From Phycisphaerae bacterium (GTDB lineage Bacteria > Planctomycetota > Phycisphaerae > UBA1845), in assembly GCA_963666835.2 (NCBI GenBank), contig CAXXGO010000001.1, forward strand, positions 64,001 to 128,000: 64,000 nt of DNA. Reading direction: 5' to 3'. This document shows positions 64,000 to 64,000 of this stretch, in pieces (the first letter of the stretch is position 1; every line of letters starts with the position of its first letter). The notes below the pieces were generated by a model that saw nothing but the letters and a program-made list of their open reading frames with translations, had not been told where the DNA came from and searched no databases. The position numbers and the translations under genes were made by a program.

Positions 64000-64000
64000 C

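Overview
GC-rich bacterial chromosomal segment. It is most consistent with a Planctomycetota (Phycisphaerae-like) genome, inferred from the unlinked 23S rRNA gene, a PEP-CTERM protein, Cys-rich cohesin/dockerin-like secreted proteins and a PilT/GspE-like/CvpA cluster. Housekeeping genes (frameshifted prfB, purB, pyrE, glnA, fluC, a DnaJ-class protein) are interleaved with dense mosaics of several REP-like palindromic repeat families. Five things stand out. (1) A tandem pair of DUF1670-like genes at the left edge, whose upstream boundary cuts the terminal hairpin of a REP-like repeat; this is a candidate undescribed REP-targeting mobile element. (2) A stand-alone 23S rRNA transcription unit with no 16S, 5S or tRNA, whose trailer pairs almost entirely with its leader. 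(3) An insertion hotspot at 39.7-51.3 kb, where nested duplications of a methyltransferase 5' end and its upstream motif flank two cargo islands: an envelope-modification operon with a two-component system, and a convergent AbiEii/AbiEi pair. (4) Three long palindromes with a shared AGTATATATACT core beside abiEi. (5) A hybrid histidine kinase lacking its phospho-His, and a membrane-anchored GspE/PilB-like protein with degenerate ATPase motifs. All calls come from reading the sequence by eye; no searches were run.
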